This document shows positions 59,135 to 64,000 of a stretch of DNA of 64,000 nt, in pieces (the stretch's first letter is position 1; every line of letters begins with the position of its first letter). The notes beneath the pieces were generated by a model. That model worked only from the letters and a program-made list of their open reading frames with translations, was not told the DNA's origin and searched no databases. A program made the position numbers and the translations under genes. This stretch comes from a virus, in IMG/VR virus record IMGVR_UViG_3300020048_000063, positions 34,804 to 98,803 of that record, one strand, 5' to 3'.

Positions 59135-61975
59135 TTAAGCAGGAGAACCCTTTGGACCTGTGGATCCTGTTGAACCCTTATTTCCAATAGAACCTTTTGA
59201 ACCTATAGGACCTATAGCTGTTCCTTTAGAGCCTTGTGGACCTGTTGAACCGACTACTCCTGATGGACCTGTGGAACCCGTAGAACCTACAGATCTTGAT
59301 GTTGTGCCAGCTGCACCAATAGAACCAGTTGATCCGGTAGAACCTGTGGAGCCTCCAACTCCTGATGGACCTGTTGATCCTTCACCTCTACCACTATCAC
59401 CAAGTGAACCTGTAGAGCCAAGTGAGCCAATTGGACCAGTTGATCCTGCAATTGTACCGGCTGGACCGACAGATCCTGTGGAACCAACTACACCTGAACC
59501 GACACTACCTGTAGAACCAATGGAACCTGTGGAACCCGTAGAACCTTGTGGACCTGTAGACCCAGTTGAACCTATTCCACCCTGAGAACCTGTGGATCCA
59601 CTTGATCCAACAGATCCAGTTGAACCTATTGAACCTATTGAGCCTCTTGAACCAGTTGGTCCTGATGAGCCTGTGGAGCCTATTGTACCGTTTACTTGTG
59701 AACCTGTTGAACCTGTTGATCCTCTTGAACCTATTGAACCTATTACACCTTGTGGACCTATTGATCCTTGTGAACCCTGTGAACCTGTTGAACCAGTTGA
59801 TCCTGTTGATCCAGAAGAACCTTGTGCACCTATTGATCCAATAGAGCCTATCACACCTTGTGGACCTATTGATCCTTGTGAACCAATAGGTCCAATAGAA
59901 CCTGTTGATCCTGAACTACCTGTGGAGCCGATAGAACCTATTATTCCTGTTGTTCCTATTGAACCTTGTGGACCTGATGGTCCTGTTGAACCTTGGGAAC
60001 CAGTTGATCCTAATGATCCTGTGGAACCAATAGAACCGATAGAGCCTATTACTCCTGTTGTGCCTATTGAACCTTGTGGGCCTGATGGTCCTGTTGATCC
60101 TTGTGAGCCAGTTGATCCCAAGGAACCTGTGGAACCACTAGAGCCAATAGATCCAATCACACCTATTGTACCTATTGATCCCTGTGGACCTGATGGTCCT
60201 GTTGATCCTTGTGAACCAGTTGATCCTACAGATCCTGTTGAGCCAATAGAGCCAATAGAGCCTATTACTCCTGTTGTGCCTATTGAACCTTGTGGACCCG
60301 ATGGTCCTGTACTTCCTTGTGATCCAGTTGATCCTAATGATCCTGTGGAACCAATAGAACCTATTGATCCAATCACTCCTGTTGTGCCTATTGAACCTTG
60401 TGGTCCTGATGGTCCTGTACTTCCTTGCGAACCAGTTGACCCTAATGATCCTGTAGAACCACTAGAACCAATGGAACCAATCACTCCTGTTGTGCCTATT
60501 GAACCTTGTGGTCCTGATGGTCCTGTTGAACCTTTAGATCCTGTTGATCCTGTTGATCCTGTGGAACCAATGGAACCAATGGAACCTATTACTCCTGTTG
60601 TTCCTATTGAGCCTTGTGGACCTGATGGACCAGTTATACCTTGTGAACCAGTTGATCCTGTTGATCCTGTGGAGCCTATTGAACCAATAGAACCTATTAC
60701 TCCTGTTGTACCAATAGAACCTTGTGGTCCTGATGGTCCAGTCAAACCGACTGATCCTGTGGAACCCACTGACCCAGTAGAACCTATTGAACCTATTGAT
60801 CCAATTACTCCTGTTGTTCCTATTGAACCTTGTGGACCTGATGGTCCTGTTGATCCTTGTGATCCTGTTGATCCCAAAGAACCCGTAGAACCTATTGAAC
60901 CTATTGATCCAATTACTCCTGTTGTTCCTATTGAACCTTGTGGACCTGATGGTCCTGTTGATCCTTGTGATCCTGTTGATCCCAAAGAACCCGTAGAACC
61001 TATTGAACCTATTGATCCAATTACTCCTGTTGTTCCTATTGAACCTTGTGGACCTGACGGACCTGTGCTTCCTTGTGAACCAGTTGACCCTAATGATCCT
61101 GTTGAACCAATAGAACCAATAGAGCCTATTACTCCTGTTGTACCTATTGAACCTTGTGGTCCTGATGGTCCTGTACTTCCTTTTGATCCTGTAGAACCTA
61201 CTGATCCGGTGGAGCCGATAGAGCCGATAGAACCAATAACTCCTGTTGTACCTATTGAACCTTGTGGTCCTGATGGTCCTGTAGAACCTTGTGAACCAGT
61301 TGATCCTAATGATCCTGTGGAACCGCTAGAGCCAATAGAACCTATTATGCCTGTTGTACCAATAGAACCTTGTGGACCTGATGGACCCGTTATACCTTTT
61401 GATCCTGTTGATCCTGTTGATCCTGTGGATCCTATAGAACCTCTTGAACCTATAACTCCTGTTGTTCCTATTGAACCTGTGGAACCAATTGAACCAGTTG
61501 TACCTTGTGATCCAGTTGATCCAGTTGATCCTGTTGAACCTATTGAACCAATAGAACCTATTGAACCTGTTGTTCCTATTGAGCCTTGTGGTCCTGATGG
61601 ACCAGTTAAACCTTTTGATCCTGTTGCTCCAAGAGAACCTGTGGAACCAATAGAACCAATGGAGCCTATAGAACCTATGGAGCCAATTGAACCAGTTGAA
61701 CCAATTGATCCAATTGAACCAATAGAACCTAGTGATCCGGTAGATCCAATACTACCTTGTGATCCAGTTGAACCATTAACACCTGTTGATCCTTGTGGTC
61801 CATTTGGTCCTGCACCTTCTAAATATAATTTTTTTCTTATAGAACCAACGGTTACCCACAAATTAGTACCATCCCACTCAATAGAGCCATCTGGTGGTAC
61901 TGTAGGTAATAAGCCATCAGGGTTAGTAAAATTTACTACCCCGCCTGCTGGTGTGATAAGAACATCTCTTGCCAT
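59135..61975 (-). CDS. Gly-Ser-X collagen-like fibre protein
   Basis: About 890 aa of G-X-Y dominated by GST/GSI/GSQ; 36-aa higher-order unit; short N-terminal domain. Confidence 0.85.
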   Translation of the reverse strand: MARDVLITPAGGVVNFTNPDGLLPTVPPDGSIEWDGTNLWVTVGSIRKKLYLEGAGPNGPQGSTGVNGSTGSQGSIGSTGSLGSIGSIGSIGSTGSIGSIGSIGSIGSIGSTGSLGATGSKGLTGPSGPQGSIGTTGSIGSIGSIGSTGSTGSTGSQGTTGSIGSTGSIGTTGVIGSRGSIGSTGSTGSTGSKGITGPSGPQGSIGTTGIIGSIGSSGSTGSLGSTGSQGSTGPSGPQGSIGTTGVIGSIGSIGSTGSVGSTGSKGSTGPSGPQGSIGTTGVIGSIGSIGSTGSLGSTGSQGSTGPSGPQGSIGTTGVIGSIGSIGSTGSLGSTGSQGSTGPSGPQGSIGTTGVIGSIGSIGSTGSLGSTGSQGSTGPSGPQGSIGTTGVIGSIGSIGSTGSVGSTGSVGLTGPSGPQGSIGTTGVIGSIGSIGSTGSTGSTGSQGITGPSGPQGSIGTTGVIGSIGSIGSTGSTGSTGSKGSTGPSGPQGSIGTTGVIGSIGSSGSTGSLGSTGSQGSTGPSGPQGSIGTTGVIGSIGSIGSTGSLGSTGSQGSTGPSGPQGSIGTTGVIGSIGSIGSTGSVGSTGSQGSTGPSGPQGSIGTIGVIGSIGSSGSTGSLGSTGSQGSTGPSGPQGSIGTTGVIGSIGSIGSTGSLGSTGSQGSTGPSGPQGSIGTTGIIGSIGSTGSSGSTGSIGPIGSQGSIGPQGVIGSIGSIGAQGSSGSTGSTGSTGSQGSQGSIGPQGVIGSIGSRGSTGSTGSQVNGTIGSTGSSGPTGSRGSIGSIGSTGSVGSSGSTGSQGGIGSTGSTGPQGSTGSTGSIGSTGSVGSGVVGSTGSVGPAGTIAGSTGPIGSLGSTGSLGDSGRGEGSTGPSGVGGSTGSTGSTGSIGAAGTTSRSVGSTGSTGPSGVVGSTGPQGSKGTAIGPIGSKGSIGNKGSTGSTGPKGSPA

Positions 61976-61978
61976 TCT

Positions 61979-64000
61979 TTATATATTTAATTTAATTATA
62001 TCTATTTGTTCTTGTTGCTTTTCTATTTGTGATTTCAATTCATTAATTTGTAGTTGTTGCTCTTTAATTGCTTGAACTAACACACCAGTTAAATGTGGAT
62101 AATCAACACCCAAATAACCATCACCAATTTCCATAACTAATTCAGGATAAACCTCTTGAAGTTCTTGAGCGATAACACCAACTTGAGGTCCGATACCATA
62201 TTTTTCATCAATGAATTCATATGATACACCACGTATTTTATCTATCTTATCTAATACTGTCTCTAACGTTACTATATTAGTTTTTAACCTTATATCTGAT
62301 CCTGAACTACCTTGTGGACCTGTTGGACCTGTAGAACCTGTTGATCCAGTTGAACCTCTTGAACCTACTGAACCTACTGAACCTGTTGAACCTTTTGCTC
62401 CTAATGGTGTTGTACCGACAGATCCTGTTGAACCTTGTGGTCCTGTACCACCACTTGAACCGGCTGAACCAATTAAGACGTCTCTACCAACTGAACCAAC
62501 TGTACCATTAGTACCAGTAGAGCCTAATGAACCATTTGGACCCGTAGAACCTTGTGGACCTAGTGAGCCTGTAGAACCAACCGAACCAAATTTAGGACTA
62601 CCAATTGATCCTGTTGAACCTATTGATCCTGCTCCAGTAGGTCCAATTGATCCAGTTGAACCTCTTGAACCAGCAGAACCCTGTAATCCTGTTGAACCTA
62701 CTGAGCCAGTTGAACCAAAAGAACCTCCAACTGTACCAGTTTTATAAAGATTAACTTCATCTACTTCAAACCAGCTTGTTGCGGGTGCACTAAGTAAATC
62801 AAATGTTAAGAATGTTAGATCAGTACCAGTCCAATAATACTCTAAATATGTTGCAGTAGCTGCTGATGGAATACTATTATCTGAATTACTACCACCAGAA
62901 CCCTGTAAAACAACCATCATAGTTTTTGATGATCTATATTTAAAGGATAATTTATAAATGAATGTACCAGCAATAGAAAGTGTTTGATAAATACGAGCAG
63001 CTGTTGTGAAAGAATCCACATATAATCTTTGAGCATTTGTTGTAAAACCATTTCCAGTTACTATACTAGGTGTAGTACTACCTGGAGAAACTTCTACCCA
63101 GCTATCAGCTAATCCATCCGCATTTGTATCTGTCCAATCTGTTGTACTATCACCACCACCATTTATTATATAATTGCTTCCTGAAGTACCACCAGTAACC
63201 ATACCAGCGTTACCTGTTGAACCAGTTGATCCGATTGAACCAATTGAACCAATTGAACCAATTAATCCTACACCACCTGTTGAACCTTGGCTACCTTGTA
63301 CACCCGTTGATCCAATTGCACCTTGAACACCTTGTGAACCTGTTGACCCTTGTGAACCTGTTGATCCTCTTGAACCAATTGATCCTATTGGACCAATTGA
63401 GCCAACATTTCCTGCTGAACCTGTTGCGCCTGTTGATCCTTGCGAACCTGTTGAACCAATAGAACCTGAACTTCCTATTGAACCTACTGATCCTGATGAA
63501 CCTACTGCACCTTGAACTAATGAACCAATTGATCCTTGTGAACCTCTTGATCCTGTTGATCCTTGTGAACCAATTGATCCAATTGAACCACCAGAACCTG
63601 TAATACCTTGTGGACCTGTTACTCCTATTAAGCCTGTTGATCCTTGTGAACCTCTTGATCCTGTTGATCCTTGTGAACCAATTGATCCAATTGAACCACC
63701 AGAACCTGTAATACCTTGTGGACCTGTTACTCCTATTAAGCCTGTTGATCCTTGTGAACCTCTTGATCCTGTTGATCCTTGTGAACCAATTGATCCAATT
63801 GAACCACCAGAACCTGTAATACCTTGTGGACCTGTTACTCCTATTAAGCCTGTTGATCCTTGTGAACCTCTTGATCCTGTTGATCCTTGTGAACCAATTG
63901 ATCCAATTGAACCACCAGAACCTGTAATACCTTGGGGACCAGTTACTCCAATCAAACCAGTTGATCCTTGGGAACCTCTTGATCCTGTTGAACCTTGTGA
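61979..64000 (-). CDS. Gly-Ser-X fibre with CBM-like domain and C-terminal peptidase S74 chaperone (5' end outside window)
   Basis: Frame open to the window edge; [34 protein letters not shown]; a non-repetitive jelly-roll-like insert. Confidence 0.88.
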   Translation of the reverse strand, partial: SQGSTGSRGSQGSTGLIGVTGPQGITGSGGSIGSIGSQGSTGSRGSQGSTGLIGVTGPQGITGSGGSIGSIGSQGSTGSRGSQGSTGLIGVTGPQGITGSGGSIGSIGSQGSTGSRGSQGSTGLIGVTGPQGITGSGGSIGSIGSQGSTGSRGSQGSIGSLVQGAVGSSGSVGSIGSSGSIGSTGSQGSTGATGSAGNVGSIGPIGSIGSRGSTGSQGSTGSQGVQGAIGSTGVQGSQGSTGGVGLIGSIGSIGSIGSTGSTGNAGMVTGGTSGSNYIINGGGDSTTDWTDTNADGLADSWVEVSPGSTTPSIVTGNGFTTNAQRLYVDSFTTAARIYQTLSIAGTFIYKLSFKYRSSKTMMVVLQGSGGSNSDNSIPSAATATYLEYYWTGTDLTFLTFDLLSAPATSWFEVDEVNLYKTGTVGGSFGSTGSVGSTGLQGSAGSRGSTGSIGPTGAGSIGSTGSIGSPKFGSVGSTGSLGPQGSTGPNGSLGSTGTNGTVGSVGRDVLIGSAGSSGGTGPQGSTGSVGTTPLGAKGSTGSVGSVGSRGSTGSTGSTGPTGPQGSSGSDIRLKTNIVTLETVLDKIDKIRGVSYEFIDEKYGIGPQVGVIAQELQEVYPELVMEIGDGYLGVDYPHLTGVLVQAIKEQQLQINELKSQIEKQQEQIDIIKLNI
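63531..63985 (-). repeat. 108-bp near-perfect tandem repeat
   Basis: GATCCTTGTGAACCTC recurs at 63531, 63639, 63747 and 63855; each unit encodes [36 protein letters not shown]. Confidence 0.9.

Noticed and set aside
59160-63462. Long plus-strand Pro-rich ORFs (DPVEPIEP...), including the 827-aa one
   Set aside because: Antisense shadows of the Gly-Ser-X repeats. The minus strand carries real domains (S74) and matches neighbouring gene orientation.
1-64000. Stop-codon recoding as in some jumbo phages
   Set aside because: Code 11 gives dense full-length genes, and TAG and TGA end genes at sensible positions (e.g. 30777, 56671, 39014).
59135-64000. Ice-nucleation protein (GST-rich)
   Set aside because: Strict 3-residue Gly periodicity; no AGYGST 8/16-residue repeats.
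1-64000. tRNA, rRNA or structured ncRNA genes
   Set aside because: Intergenic gaps are short, AT-rich and explained by promoters and terminators; no cloverleaf signatures were seen.

Overview
This window is part of a very AT-rich jumbo (T4-like, contractile-tail) phage genome in the standard genetic code. The host is most likely Bacteroidota, judged from TAnnTTTG promoters, A-rich leaders without Shine-Dalgarno sequences, and Bacteroidota-like NrdJ and bS21. It encodes: a partial tail sheath; two ECF-type sigma factors; a rhomboid protease; a DUF2201-vWA plus MoxR AAA pair; NrdJ, a helicase and UvsX; a baseplate cluster with a gp5-like DUF5675/GH19 spike; an amidase; DnaJ, PPK2, bS21 and RtcB; several glycosylation enzymes; and two large Gly-Ser-X repeat fibre genes. 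Four patterns stand out. (1) A terminal peptide-tag system: about 16 unrelated, mostly late-promoter proteins share a T4 capsid-targeting-like N-terminus, seven proteins end in [KN]YNL-stop with synonymous codon variation, and a separate set ends in RKxKLxx[IL]. (2) A candidate virion O-heptosylation system: a TibC/Aah-type heptosyltransferase, a heptose kinase, other glycosyltransferases and Ser/Thr-rich fibres. (3) Three distinct promoter classes. (4) Several apparent pseudo-enzymes. All family calls were made by eye from motifs; no database searches were run.
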